Below, piece after piece: positions 11,208 through 25,053 of a DNA stretch of 64,000 bases. Under the pieces are notes generated by a model. The model was not told the origin of the DNA. It was given only the letters and a program-made list of their open reading frames with translations, and did no database searches. Each line of letters begins with the position of its first letter. The first letter of the stretch is position 1. The position numbers were made by a program, and so were the translations under genes. Origin of the DNA: Octopus vulgaris (taxonomy: Eukaryota); assembly GCA_951406725.2 (NCBI GenBank), contig OX597818.1, positions 130,200,001 to 130,264,000 on the forward strand, in the 5' to 3' direction.

Positions 11208-12777
11208 CTATGTTAACAATCAAATGAAACTCAGGTCAAAGAAAACAGAAAATCTGGAAATTTTCAGGAATAAAGTCAAATGAGTGTGATTCATAGGATG
11301 TGTAATACGAAAATGCTTGTCAGAGTGAATTCTTAATGAGGTGAGATTTAAAAAAAAAATTCTTATGTTTGTGATTTATTTTCATTCAAGGTTTTTAAAG
11401 TGTCTGAAAAGAATGGCAACTTGATGTCACATGATTAATTTGCAGAGAGAATTTTGTAATAGTGGAAAGTTCTTATCTACTATGCTTAAATTGGTAGAAA
11501 AACAGGACAAAAAGAAAAAAGAAAATAGAAAAGGAAGAAGAAACATGGAATAAGAGGGAAATATGGAGTAAAATGGAAAATGTGGAATAGTATAGAAGAG
11601 TGGGATAAAATGAGAAAAGGAAGATATTTAGGAAAAGGTGAAGGGAACAGAAAGAGGAAATAGAAGTTGAAAGGAAGATGGTATGATTTTGGCTTAGATG
11701 GAGACAGAGTAAAAATTTTAAAAAATATAAAATTATTTTAAAAATAAATCAAAAGAAATGAAACGGAAGAGTAAGTGCAAGAGGGTTTGGGGAGGAGTAA
11801 TTGTGTATGGTAGGCAATGCAGTGAAAATGATGTAGAATATTCAATATTGAGAAATCAGGCAATTGTTGCTTTTAAGCTTAAGTCTCAAAATCATTATTT
11901 GTGTTGAATACTGTATTGTGTTGCTATCCACCGATACCTTCCGACAGAGACAATCAACTTCCTCTTTTGCTCACAAAAATCAGATCAACTATTCTTTTCC
12001 TCGTTGTCATTGTTGTCGCTGCTGTTGTTGTCATTGCTTTTATTGTTGTTGTGGTTGACGATGTGGTTTATTTTTATTTTTATTCGTATAGGAAAAATCT
12101 ATTTCAAATAAAGAAACATATTTCCTGCTTTCCTGACAAAGCAAAGTGGAATGTTTATATTATGGGAACACACTCAGAATCATAACAGTTGTAGATCACT
12201 TCTAGCTTTGTAGGCTTTTCTTAGTCTTTTTCATTATTATTTCAGAGTTGTTGTCATTATTATTATTGTTGTTGTTATTACTGTAGAAAACATTATTATT
12301 TTTGCTGTTATTCTTTCTTCTTTTTGCTTTGTTAAACTTTTTTGTTTCTTTTCCTGCTTTTGACATATCAATTCCATTTTTCTCTGCAGCTAAAAGCTTT
12401 ATTTTTACTTTCATAACCAATAGAGCAGTAATAAATAACAATGCTGATGATAATGACAATGATGATGATGATCATCATCATCATTATCATAAGAATCTTA
12501 ATGATTGCAATAAGAACAGTAGTAAAGACAATGGAGTGAATATGATGATGATTGTGATGACGATAATAATAATTATCATGATGATAATGATGATACTCGT
12601 AGAAGATAGAAATACCAATATTTGCTTCCTTGAAGTTATATAATCTATTTGTCTCCTTCTAATTTAAATAATGAATAATTTCTTCCCTGACACTGTCACT
12701 ACATCGACAACAAATAATGATATTTAAATAGCTGTGTGAGTAAATGTGAAAGGGCATACATGTGTGCATGTGTGTGC

Positions 12778-12900
12778 AAACTTGCATAGCAAAGATTCTC
12801 TAATCAAGGAATCCAATTCAATGAAAACCAATAAAAACAATCTGTCTGGAGACTCTCTGGGGCAACCTTTTGTAACTGTTCGACCATTTATAACCATTAC
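12778..12900 (-). pseudogene. LINE (CR1/L2-like) RT domain 4-5 relic
   Basis: VINGRTVTKGCPRESPDRLFLLVFIELDSLIRESLLCKFA resembles V+NG..VTSGVPQGS...LFL+FINDL...I......KFADD. Confidence 0.45.
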
Positions 12901-13024
12901 CCACATTTCAACTTTTAACTAACTATCACATAACCACCAACTAGTAACTGATATTACTGCATTTAATGAAGAAAGAATATATGTCTTAAAAAAAATTTTT
13001 ATCATGCAAATCTGTTTAATTGGA

Positions 13025-13242
13025 TTTTGATTTCAAATTTTGGCACAAGGCCAGCAATTTCTAAGGAGGTGTAAGTTCATTACATCGATACCAGTACTCA
13101 ACTGGTACTTATTTTATCAAACCCGAAAGGATGAAAAGTGAAGTTGACCTCAATGGAATTTGAACTCAGAAAGTGAAAATGAATTAAATGCTGCTGAGGA
13201 TTTCAGTCTGCATGCTAAGGAATCTGCTAGTTCACCACCTTT
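13025..13242 (-). mobile_element. SINE family B, older subfamily
   Basis: actggtacttattttatcaaacccgaaaggatgaaaagtgaagttgacc...gaatttgaactcagaa. Confidence 0.8.
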
Positions 13243-13376
13243 ATATAGCAAAATATTGAAAATTACAAGAATTTCTTTTTGTACATTACTTGGAATACCA
13301 AATATTGATTTCTAATTTTAACACACAACCACTGTTTTTCATGAGGATGGGGTATGTTACACTATAGTAGACTAAA

Positions 13377-13609
13377 AAGGCGGCGAGCTGGCAGAAACGT
13401 TAGCACGCCAGGTGAAATGCGTAGCTGTATTTCGTCTGTCGTTACGTTCCGAGTTCAAATTCTGCCAAGGTCGACTGTGCCTTTCATCCTTTTGGGGTCG
13501 ATAAATTAAGTACCAGTTACGCACTGGGGTCGATCTAATCGACTTAATCCGTTTGTCTGTCCTTGTTTGTCCCCTCTGTGTTTAGCCCCTTGTGAGTAGT
13601 AATGAAATA
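13377..13609 (+). mobile_element. SINE family B with 14 bp TSD
   Basis: TSD tatagtagactaaa at 13363-13376 and 13610-13623. Confidence 0.92.
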
Positions 13610-13884
13610 TATAGTAGACTAAATTAATTTCAGTATGTAACAAGAACATTATTAAAAGGAAGAAAAACAAAAGGAAACAAAAGCAAAGTTTTAACTGGTA
13701 GGATTTGAACTTGCAGTACTTTAACTATTAATCCACTTTGGAGAGTAGTGGGGAAAAAAAAAAAAGGAATTATCATAGACTGAATTAGTAAACTCCTAAT
13801 GTTGTAATGTATGTAAACACAGTTTTGTAGTGAAGGTCATTTAGGGTAAAACCCAAGCATTTTACCCAAAAGAAGACTCTTATT

Positions 13885-14228
13885 TTATCCTTTACAATTT
13901 CCTGTCACTAGATTGCAACCATGCTGGGATATCATCACCTTGAAGGATTTAGTCCAAAAAATCAACTCCAGTACTTTTTTTTTAAAGTCTAGCACTTATT
14001 CTATCAGTTTCTTTTGCCAAACTGCTTAGCTTCAGGGACAAAAACAAACTCACACTAGTAGTAAAACAAACATGAACACACACAATGGATTTCCACACAG
14101 TCTCTGTCTACAGAATTCACTCTCAGAGCATTGGCTGACCAGGGGCTATAGTAGAAGACACTTGCTCAAGCTGCTTCACAGTGGGACTGAACCCAAAACC
14201 ATGTAGCTGTGAAACAAGCTTCTTAACT
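13885..14228 (-). mobile_element. SINE family A, degraded
   Basis: cacttattctatcagtttcttttgcc...gctatagtagaagacacttgc...gtgggactgaaccc. Confidence 0.75.
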
Positions 14229-14242
14229 TTTTATTATGACTT

Positions 14243-14383
14243 TTTCATGACTTTTTATTAAAAATTTTATTAAATTTTATTAAAAATATTAAAAAAATAT
14301 TAAATTTTATTAAAAATATTAAAAAAATATTAAATTTTATTAAAAATTAAAATTTTTATTTCATGACTTTTTATTAAAGTCAT
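14243..14383. repeat. Pure A/T complex tandem repeat
   Basis: 30 bp unit taaattttattaaaaatattaaaaaaatat x2.5 between direct repeats tttcatgactttttattaaa. Confidence 0.85.
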
Positions 14384-14811
14384 CTTATAAACATTGTCTC
14401 ATACAGATTATAGTAATTATATGAAAACTAACGTAGAATCATTGTACAATTGTTCTTATACAACAAAGTTAACGACATAATTCTACTGGGATTAGATACA
14501 GTTTATGTCCATATAAGGATAGCCTTACTGAGTAAATCATTTTGTGAAATCCCAATTCAGAGTTTTTCAAACTTTATGACTCAGTGAATGAATGAAGATT
14601 AATCAAAAACTTATTGCCACACTTTAATTGGTAAATTAAAAGATATAAATTTCAGAAAAAATATATCAGGTCACCAAGAATGAAATGTCCAATTTTCTTA
14701 TGCACCAAGTCTGACTGTCATTAACTCTAATGTTTTATCCTGACAATTCTTTATTTTACAACATTGAAAAGTTATATCATCACTTTTCGAAATGCAATTC
14801 ATGGTGTCTGG

Positions 14812-15043
14812 TTACTCTTTACTCTTTTACTCTTTTACTTGTTTCATTCATTTGACTGCGGCCATGCTGGAGCACCACCTTTAATCGAGCAACTCGACCC
14901 CGGGACTTATTCTTTTGTAAGCCCAGTACTTATTCAATTGGTCTCTTTTGCCGAACTGTTAAGTAACGGGGACATAAACACACCAGCATCGGTTGTCAAG
15001 CAATGCTAGGGGGACAAATACAGACGCACAAACACACCCACGA

Positions 15044-15074
<31 letters not shown>

Positions 15075-15239
15075 TACGACAGGCTTCTTTCAGTTTCCGT
15101 CTACCAAATCCACTCACAAGGCTTTGGTCAGCCCGAGACTATAGTAGAAGACACTTGCCCAAGGTGCCATGCAGTGGGACTGAACCCGGAACCATGTGGT
15201 TGGTAAACAAGCTACTTACCACACAGCCACTCCTGCACC
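14812..15239 (-). mobile_element. SINE family A, full length
   Basis: Homology to other A copies. Confidence 0.93.
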
Positions 15240-15978
15240 AAAAATCAATTTTTGTGAACCCATGGATGAATCAAAAATTCATGGGCTTGTTAATAAGGAA
15301 TACTATAGACATATAATGAGTTATCATGTGCTAATTTCTTTTTTACCTAATTAGCCAGAGAGTGGTAGGTAGCATCCATGATCCAGAGCCTCAGAAATTG
15401 GTGGGAGAAAAGGAAGTTTTCTTTGGTCTAGGGGGCCTGGACAAATGCTTGCAATATAGTGGAGTCCATTTAAAACAACTAAGAGGTAGGTCATGGTGGT
15501 GTTAAACAAGATGACATATTAATTCTAGCACAGGAATGGTCACTCTGTGGGACTCCAAGTTTCTACCCACTAAATTTAGCTCACAAATCTTTGGTAGACC
15601 CATGTGCATGCGAAAATACACTTTGCTAAGGTTTTCACCAGGTATTAAGATCAAATGTAAATCCACATGGTTATGAGACAATCTCTTTAACCATACAGCC
15701 ATGACTGTATAATTCATCTACTTAACCTTTATTCTAAAGTCAATTCTATAATTGTTCAAGAGTTCGAAAATTCCATCTAATCCAGTGATTTCCAAACTTC
15801 ATCAGGCTGCTGTTCCCTTGGCACCCAGGCTACACTCCTAGAACCCCTCTGCCCCCACTTACCATCACAAACATAGACCACTTTCTGAAACAAATTCAAA
15901 AAACAATTATTTATTTCAGAAATAAAACTTAACTTAATTAAACTCTTATTTTGTTGGTTTACATCAACCCCTTTTGGT

Positions 15979-17259
15979 CAAGGTGGTATCAACAAGTTCT
16001 TGGACTGGTTATTCTTTTATTTGTTTCAGTCATTTGACTGTGGCCATGCTGGAGCACCGCCTTTAGTCGAGCAAATCGACCCCCAGGTCTTATTCTTTGT
16101 AAGCCTAGTACTTATTCTATCGGTCTCTCTTGCTGAACCACTAAGTGAAGGGGACGTAAACACACCAGCACCAGTTGTCAGGCAATATTGGGGATGACAA
16201 ACACAAACACACACATATATATATACATATACATATATACGATGGGCTTCTTTCAGTTTCCGTCTACCAAATCCACTCACAAGGCTTTGGTCAGCCCGAG
16301 GCTATAGTAGAAGACACTTGCCCAAGGTGCCACGCAGCGGGACTGAACCTGGAACCATGTGGTTAGTAAGCAAGCTACTTACCACACAGCTACTCCTGCA
16401 CCTAGATTATGTTTAATAAAAATTAACTTATTTACCAAAGTTTTAACATCTCCTCTGAAATAGTCACCTTGCACAGCAATACACTGGTTCCAGCATTCCT
16501 GCCACTTTTGGAATCTGACCTGGAAGTTATTTTCTGTAAGCAAGTCGAAGACCTTCTGCAATTTTCTCTGGATCTCAACAACAATGTTAAAACAGCAACC
16601 TTTGGGTTACATTTTCATCTTGGGTAAGAGATGGAAATCCACAGGTACAATACCATGTTGTTATTGGCAAGAAGCTTATGAATGAGGACAGCTCAGTGAT
16701 GGTGCATTATCATCATGAAGAATTCCATTCTTTGCGCTCCACAGATCCGGTCACTTTCACCAAATGTCCTCTCTCAAAAGCTTCAAAACATCACAGTAGA
16801 ACTCTGGATTGATAGTCTGGTCCTGGAGGACAATTTCTCGATGCACATTATCACATTTCAGGAGGTGACACTCATGGCATTCTTCCAGGTTGCTCATCAT
16901 TTTTCAGGGATGTTCTTCAACTTTGGAAGCACCCACACCACTCAAAACATTTATGCACAACCCATTGCCTCGTTGCCATAAGCTTGCTGCAGCATGCTCA
17001 AAGATTCTGTAGCAAATTTTAGCAAGTTTAACGCAAAATTTCACACTGGTTCTTTGTTACTGTCCATGACAAAATCACAAGCTGCAACACATGTGATCAC
17101 AAAAACACAAATTTCACAACTTGTGAAGTAAGCACAGCGAGATCACTTGACACACTGCCTCATGGAAATCACTACTAGCTCTCACTGGGCATGTAACTGT
17201 GTGCTGCCAGCTGTTGGTGTGCTACAGAACTAATCTGAGAACATTTTGATACCACCTCG
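15979..17259 (-). mobile_element. Decayed mariner-type DNA transposon with nested SINE A
   Basis: Left TIR caaggtggtatcaacaagttcttggact vs right TIR (reverse complement) cgaggtggtatcaaaatgttctcagatt; minus translation EIQRKLQKVFDLLTENNFQVRFQKWQECWNQCIAVQGDYFRGD is a typical mariner C-terminus. Confidence 0.85.
16011..16403 (-). mobile_element. SINE family A inserted just inside the mariner TIR
   Basis: Homology to other A copies. Confidence 0.92.
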
Positions 17260-17632
17260 TAAACCAGTAGAAAACAAAAGTTTAATCCCAATTTCTTTCT
17301 AAACACGTCTCATGAGTAAATTCCTTAAGGAATTTGCTCTGCAAAGATGAGATGACCATAACTAAAGAAACCAGTCAAGCAAAGAGTAGAGATTAAATCC
17401 CATTCTTGTATGTTGGACTTGAAAGAAAAATAAAGTTTGAAATTAGAATGCTTTGTTTCAAACACTGTTAAGGTTGGTTTCACTTTTCATATCTGAAAAG
17501 AAAGAACCAGGTCGTAATACACTTTAAAATAATGGAAGACATAGTTTGCAGATAACTATAAAATATTTTGATAAACCACACAATTCTGGGCAAGATATTC
17601 ATTCGTTAAGGGTTGACTGAACAAATCATGAA

Positions 17633-17636
<4 letters not shown>

Positions 17637-17717
<81 letters not shown>

Positions 17718-17839
17718 TACGTATCTATCTATCTATATACATATATATATATATATATATATACATACTTACATACATATATATATATACACACACACAC
17801 ACATACGTATCTATCTATACACACACACATATATATACA

Positions 17840-17891
<52 letters not shown>

Positions 17892-18035
17892 ACACATATA
17901 TACACACACACACACACATACGTATCTATCTATCTATACACACCCACATATATATAAATATATAAATGCATATATATATATATATATACACATATATATA
18001 CATACATATATGTATGCACACACACACATACATAT
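17637..18035. repeat. Compound microsatellite (CT)n(AT)n(AC)n with recurring catacgtatctatcta unit
   Basis: Direct inspection. Confidence 0.95.
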
Positions 18036-18921
18036 TACTGTAGATGACAGTTAGAACTTCAATAAAAAAAACCCTAAGTTAATACTTTTGAACCCTAAAT
18101 TCCAGATGTGCACTACTAACTAGCTTGATTAATGTTGATATCTTAATTTAATTAGTAAAGATGATGTACTGTAACAAAACGTCAGAAACATGGAAGGCTA
18201 AAAACAAATTAAGAGAGAGAGAGAGAGAGAAATATCTAATGAAATAAAAAAAAAATGAATAGTCAACAGATGGCAATAATTTTTCATTTAGCCATCACAA
18301 ACATAAATTCGATTACATATCAGTTATATGGTTATATGGTTCTCAGAAGCGGAAGATGAAGGAGTAGGTGGAGGGAATTTCAGCAGAACCGTATACAATG
18401 GATTCCATAATCAAAAAGAGAAAGTACAACAAAATATTTTATAAGCGACATTGGAGAAACAGAAACAAGATAGATAGACATATGACATTTGAGGAGAAAT
18501 TCTGGAATATCTACCACTAATAAAAGGTAATTTGGGACAAAAATCTCTGATAGATACACACATTAAGTAAACAAACAGAAATGATTCAATATGTAGCAAG
18601 TAGAAGCTGAAGTCTTTAAACCATCAACTGAAGTAGGAATTTTTGAATTTTTTTTTTTGCCCTTGCTTTTTTTTTGTATTTCTTTCAAAAAGATGAATGT
18701 CAGATAATATAGTCAGTTTCTATATTTTTGTTTTCCATTTTTTTCCCTTTCCTTTCTTTGCTAGAATATTATTTACATTTGTTCCATGTTAAGGTAGTGC
18801 TGGTAGTTATGAAATATATCTGAATGTCAAATACTAGAACATCACTTGACTTACAGCAAAAAAAAAAAGGGGGAAAAAAACCATAAATGCAAAATGGAGA
18901 GTATGAAGAGAGAGCAAGTAA

Positions 18922-18951
18922 TGTATATACAAATATGTGTGTATGTATATA

Positions 18952-19001
<50 letters not shown>

Positions 19002-19268
19002 CACACATATATATATATATACATATATGTATATATACATGCATATATATATATATAGACATATACATACATGTGTGTGTATATATATCTATATATACAT
19101 ACATATATATATAAGCACATATATACCTACATGTATGTTTATATATATATATATATATATATAAAAACAAACACAGAATGAGTATATAAATATTTATACA
19201 TTTATATTTTATCTACACAGAGATGTATGTATGAATGCATGCATATATATATATATGTATGTATGTAT
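18922..19268. repeat. (TA)n/(TG)n compound microsatellite
   Basis: Direct inspection. Confidence 0.95.
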
Positions 19269-19589
19269 GGGACGAAAGAAATACAGAGAGGGTGGTAGAG
19301 AGAAAGGTAGGACAGAAATAAATGGATAGATACGCATACACATACATGCATACACATATTTTATTATGAGATGAATTTGTGATTAATATTTTGGGTAGAG
19401 TTTTTTTCCTCTGTTTTTCTAATTTGCTTTCAGTTTCTGTTTCTAATCAGATTCTGATGATGTAACCACCAAGATCAGCAACAATACACATTGCACAACA
19501 ACAAGACTTGGGACATCAAGTCTAATGCCAATGCTACATCTATACTGGTTCAGCAATTCATGAAAAGATGTTCAAAGTATACACAGAAG

Positions 19590-19810
19590 CACTACAATAT
19601 TGGTGACTCAACAACAGTACAATTTATATTAGCTCTGGCTAAAAGATGTTCTGCTTCTGATGACAACTATGGACCTACTTGGCAGCTGCTAATTATTACA
19701 GATATGGACATTCCAAATTTGACAAGAGAATACTCAATAAATGTCCAGTGTGTGGTACTATGAATGATGTGGAATCACATTCAAGCATTCCTTGATGATA
19801 ATCAAGTAGT
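19590..19810 (+). pseudogene. Possible very old LINE RT fragment
   Basis: GDSTTVQFILAL...QLLIITDMD and VWYYE*CGITFKHSLMIIK weakly recall RTE G.ST.DQIF.L...L+F+D...LW..L...GIP.K+I.II. Confidence 0.3.
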
Positions 19811-19963
19811 CTCAACTTTTTTCTATGCAGGAGATATTCCATCTCACGATAAAAGCAATACAAGTAACTATGAAATGTAGAGATCATTGTTGCTAAGCTG
19901 TTATACGGAAGGATTATTTGAAGGATTATTTGATGTGTCGAGTGTGCCAGAACTGTAGTCTAA

Positions 19964-20428
19964 TCCTATAGCATTTAAACTGGCTAAATCCAGCCAAAAT
20001 AGTCTTCCTGTTTCAAGTTCAAACTGGCTAGATCCAGTCTCTCACACCTACCATACAATAATAATGCGCCCTTTTAAAGCCTAGCCAGGCTCATGGGCCC
20101 GGTTTCCCAGTTTCTGTGGTGTATGTGTTCCCCAGCTGGATGCGATGTCAGTCCATCACAGCGTTACTCATTTTTGCCAGCTGAGTGGATTGGAGCAATG
20201 CGAAATGAAGTGTTTTGCTCAAGAACACAACGCATCGCCCGGTTCAGGAATCAAAACCACAATCTTACGATCATGATGCTGACACCCTAACCACTAAGCC
20301 ACGGGCCTCCACCTACCATACAATGTTAGTCTAAAAGATACACAGTCACACAATCAAAATCTCAAAGCTACAAGATAAATTCAAAAACAAGGTGGATAAA
20401 TAAGTGGAATAATTTGAATGCTAAAGGA
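19964..20428. mobile_element. piggyBac-type MITE (TTAA target) with nested SINE D
   Basis: (c)taa-tcctatagcatt...aatgctaaagga-ttaa; reverse homologue of 27036-27681. Confidence 0.75.
20060..20312 (-). mobile_element. tRNA-derived SINE family D with about 15 bp TSD
   Basis: TSD cacctaccatacaat at 20045-20059 and 20310-20324; minus head gtggaggcccgtggcttagtggttagggtgtcagc. Confidence 0.92.
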
Positions 20429-20766
20429 TTAAAGTCACATCAACCAAAACTTCCACAGAAAAGCTCAGAATAGACAACTCTAGAACTATGGTTATAAGTA
20501 CGGTAATGACAGAAAAATGAATAGCTATTGATCATAGATAAAACAAGAGACCAAATAATAGTTGTCACTAAGAGTGAAAACTAGATTTATGTTGTGAGGT
20601 CTAATATTGGCGGAGGACTACAAATGAATTTCAAAAAACTCGGGTACTAAGTGGTGGCCATGGAAATCCAACTGGTTCAAGAAGGGATCTTAGCTTAACA
20701 TATAAGAAGTAGATATATAAGAAGCCAACTGTCTATAATTAGCAGAAAAATAGATAAAAAAATATC

Positions 20767-20994
20767 TCTTTCTTTACTACCCACAAGGGGCTAAACACAG
20801 AGAGGACAAACAATGACAGACAAACAGATTAAGTCGATTATATCGACCCCAGTACGGAACTGGTACTTATTTAATCGACCCCGAAAGGATGAAAGGCAAA
20901 GTCGACCTCGGCGGAATTTGAACTCAGAATGTAGCGGCAGACGAAATACCGATAAGCATTTCGCCCGGCGTGCTAACAATTCTGCCAGCTCGCC
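20767..20994 (-). mobile_element. SINE family B
   Basis: Homology to other B copies; flanking aaatatc direct repeat. Confidence 0.9.
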
Positions 20995-21084
20995 AAATAT
21001 CACTGTGATATTTCTGGTGGAGTAGCAATGAACTGTATGTCTAGGTTTACCAATTCTGAAGAAAGCAAGATTTTAGTAGAATCA

Positions 21085-21305
21085 ATAATCCTTTCTGCTA
21101 TAGGCATAAGACTTGAAATTTTCAGGGAAGGGAACTACTTGATTATATCAACCTTAATGCTCAGCTGGTGCTCATTTTATTCATCCTAAAAGGATTAACG
21201 GCAAAGTCAACCTTGGCAGCATTTGAACTCAGAATGTAAAGATAGATGAAATGCTGCATAGCATATTGTTTGGTGTGCTAGCAATTTTGTTAGCTCACCT
21301 CCTTT
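21085..21305 (-). mobile_element. SINE family B, older subfamily
   Basis: ggcaaagtcaaccttggcagcatttgaactcagaatgtaaag. Confidence 0.75.
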
Positions 21306-21322
21306 TTAGAAGTATGAATAAT

Positions 21323-21494
21323 AGGCGCAGAAGTGGCTGTGTGGTAAGTAGCTTGCTTACCAACCACATGGTTCCGGGTTCAGTCCCATTACGTGGCACC
21401 TTGGGCAAGTGTCTTCTACTATAGCCTCGGGCCGACCAATGCCTTGTGAGTGGATTTGGTAGATGGAAACTGAAAGAAGCCTGTCGTATATATG

Positions 21495-21531
<37 letters not shown>

Positions 21532-21740
21532 ATGTTTGTGTGTTTGTGTTTGTCCCCCTGACATCGCTTGACAACTGATGCTGGTGTGTTTGCGTCCCCG
21601 TAACTTAGCGGTTCGGCAAAAGACACCGATAGAATAAGTACTGGGCTTACATAAGAATAAGTCCTGGGGTCGATTTGCTCGACTAAAAGGTGGTGCTCCA
21701 GCATGGCCACAGTCAAATGACTGAAACAAGTAAAAGAGTA
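21323..21740 (+). mobile_element. SINE family A, full length
   Basis: ggcgcagaagtggctgtgtggtaag...cagtcaaatgactgaaacaagtaaaagag. Confidence 0.93.
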
Positions 21741-21825
21741 ATATACAGCATCAGTTGCCATTATCTAATAACTACCTGAGTTAGGTGTTATGGTACGTAA
21801 ATGTAAACTATCAAAAATGTAATAG

Positions 21826-22203
21826 CTTTTATCTTTTAGTTGTTTCAGTCATTAGACTGTGGCCATGCAGGGGCATCACCTTGAAGATTTGATTCATCAA
21901 ATGAATCAACCCCAGTACTTATTTTTTAAAACCTGGTACTTGTTCTATCAGACTCTTTTGCTGAACTGCTACGTTACAGGGACATAACTCAAGCAGTGGT
22001 GGTGGCAGGGGGAAAAGCACACACACACATACAGATATTTACATATATATGACATATATATATTACATATATATGACAAGGATCTTTCATTTACCATCTA
22101 CCAAATCCCCTCTAAACACTTGCTAAAGGAGCCACACACTAGAACTGAACCTGGAACCATGCGGTTGGGAAGCAAGCTTCTTACCACATAGCCACACCTG
22201 CAT
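21826..22203 (-). mobile_element. SINE family A, older copy
   Basis: Homology to other A copies; tail-to-tail with 21323-21740. Confidence 0.8.
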
Positions 22204-22408
22204 TTAGAGATGACATAACACTTGTTTAATTTAGAGCTAGAGATACATAGTACCTAAAAAGTAAGAGGGGTTGTAAAATAAGTTCATAAAAATACTCTGT
22301 TGAAGAAGAAGATAATGTTTCCGTAATTAGTGTGTTGTCTATTCATTGACAGTTTTCACACATTCAGCAATGAAATGGAAGTGCTTTTCAGTAGAATGGT
22401 TTTAAATA

Positions 22409-22736
22409 AAGAGTAAAGTACCCCTTCAGCCATAAATGACCATTGGATTGCACTTAGAACTTTCCCCTGTGGCACAAGTCTGAGCAAGGTTGTTTATGGA
22501 AGACCAGCAGTCACCCATGCATATGAGCCTCCCCTCTCCACACCATTGAGGTTATCCACAAGAAAGGCAAAGACTGACTCAGCTTGGTACCAGTGATGTT
22601 GTAACTCATTTCTACAGTGGCATGAACTTGTTCAACGTGAAATAAAGTGTCTTGCTCAAGCCCTGTCCAGGAATCAAATTTATTACCACATGGTTGTAAG
22701 CTCAATGCTCTAACCACTGAGCCATGCACTTTCACA
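22409..22736 (-). mobile_element. SINE family E with 10 bp TSD
   Basis: Homologous to 52131-52463 and 30393-30718; TSD gttttaaata at 22399-22408 and 22737-22746. Confidence 0.85.
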
Positions 22737-22747
22737 GTTTTAAATAC

Positions 22748-22987
22748 ATCATCATCATCGTTTAACGTCCGTTTTCCATGCTAGCATGGGTTGGACGGTT
22801 TGACCGGGGATCTGGGAAGCCAGAAGGCTGCACCAGGCTCTAGTCTTATCTGGCAATGTTTCTACAGCTGGATGCCCTTCCTAACGCCAGCCACTCCGTG
22901 AATGTAGTGGGTGCTTTTTACGTGCCACCTGCACTGGTGCCAGGCGAGGCTGGCATCGGCCATGGTCGGATTGGTGCATTTTACGTA
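22748..22987 (-). mobile_element. SINE family F, 5' truncated
   Basis: Near-exact reverse complement of 51372-51612. Confidence 0.9.
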
Positions 22988-23179
22988 ATAAATAATACTA
23001 ATCTATTGGTTGTAGGTTCAATTCTCAATACTGTTGATGTGTTGTATTTTTATGTAAGAAATAGAATACTTAAGCTAACACAAAAAAATCTAACAGCATT
23101 TGGAATTGAACCTACAGCTAGTAAATCGATAATCTTTCAACTTATCTAATTAATAGGGAACTACTTCAATACTAATTGA

Positions 23180-23380
23180 TGTTTAGCCCAAGGTCAGCCC
23201 CAAATGAATAAAGCACTAATTATAGGCATTCCAGTTATGATTGTCTTATCATTTTATTGGTAACCAAGACTGCATTTTTTCAATGTGTCCATTCCAATTT
23301 AAAGATAGTACTGTTTGGTTTGAGGGAAGTTTAGCTGTTAATTTTATCAGATTAGATGACCACATAGTAACTCCCCATTG
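23180..23380 (-). mobile_element. Old interspersed repeat (family G), also at about 30860-31028 (+) and 31590-32140 (-)
   Basis: Shared gtttagccc(c/a)aggt...cattcca...tttgaggga(a/g)atttagctg(c/t)tattt motifs. Confidence 0.4.
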
Positions 23381-24028
23381 GCTAATATATATATATATTT
23401 TAGTGCTTAAAAATACATGGTTGCTGAACATGACTTCTGTTACTATGATACAAGAATAGTGAATATACTGGACAACTATTATCAACAATTAGAGTAGCAT
23501 CTGATGAAAATAATTAAGATATTCCACTGGATGTACACAGGCAACCATATTGGATAGATGTCAATGCTGTTGTTGCAGATACTATTATAGATTATTAGAA
23601 TTATATATGAAACCTCTCCAATATCAAGTATGAACTCAGATCCAGGCATACGCATACAAAAGCATAGCAATAGCCAGAGAGTAGAATTATACCAAAGGAA
23701 ACATCAAGTAAGGTAGTTAAAGCCTACTTAAGAGAGCTGTGATTAGTTGATGGAGCCAAGCCATTTAAAGCATATCACAAAAGGAATACAAAAACACACT
23801 CTTTCCCCTCTCTCTCTCTCTCACTCACTCACTATTTCTCTCTCTCTCTCTCTCTCAAAAACACACACACACATGCAAGAACATTCTTTTGACTCAAACA
23901 TGGAAGACATGCCAGCTAAGAAGATCAGACCGTTTAATAGCATTTTAAAATAGATGTAACTCCTCGTTACACATAAAGAATGAAAAAAATAAATAAATAG
24001 AAAAGCTATATATATGTGTATATATATA

Positions 24029-24059
<31 letters not shown>

Positions 24060-25016
24060 GTGTGTGTGAGCATGCAAACATACCAAATACAGACAAATAT
24101 AAATATATGTAAATATACATATTTATTATATACATTTAATAACAGTAATATATATATATCTATATATATATATACATATATACATAAACATACACACATA
24201 AGAGACAGAATGCCAAATTTTATGCTTTAGACACCGACACTATAATGTATTTTTGTAGAAAATTTCTTTGGAATACCATTCTATTCTAATTTGATCCAAT
24301 CACTATGGGGTTTGGCATAGATATGGAGAATAAAAGATTTATTAGATATATCTGGAAATAAGTATATTGATCACAAATATTTTCTAAATATGTTTTTTTT
24401 TTATTTGTTTTTATCCCCCATCTTACCACTTGAGTTCAAAGAATCGATGTAAAAATGAAAACAGGATAAAATATAATAAAATAAAATAAATCAGAGTAGA
24501 AAAACGGAATCATAAAAAGAAACCAAGAAAGTAATAATATAATAATAAATTTCTTCATGGTTGATCACAATTCTTTTTTTATATTTTTGAGTTTATTACA
24601 TTTTATTCCCAAGTCCACATGCCGTTGGGCCAAGTAATAAGTATATGAGTATGATTCTTTTGGGAAACCTTCATAGATCAGTGGCATATGGGTGAAAACA
24701 TTTATCAACCATTTGCATATTTCTGTTCCTTAGGAACACTTTATCAGTTTACAAGAGGGAAGTGCGGGAGAAGAAGGAGAAGGGACTTGGTTTAGGGTAG
24801 AAGAGAAAGCGACTGAGAATGAAGCTAACATGGTGAAATATATGGTGGATATTTATTTTGGTGTTTAATGAAAGAAACGAAGTAAAATTTACAAACAAAG
24901 AAAATAAAAAAAATAAAATAAAAATTGCTGATAAGTGTGGGTGGAAAGAAAGAGTAAAGCTACAAAACGATGATGATATAGAGGAAAGAAAAGAAGGAGC
25001 ATAAAAGTAGGAGGAC

Positions 25017-25053
<37 letters not shown>

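Noticed and set aside
18349-18445. Coding-looking stretch AEDEGVGGGNFSRTVYNGFH
   Set aside because: Short, no convincing donor, no recognisable homology.
24423-24460. U12-type AT-AC microexon on the minus strand
   Set aside because: No TCCTTAAC branch site and no matching U12 donor in a gene context.
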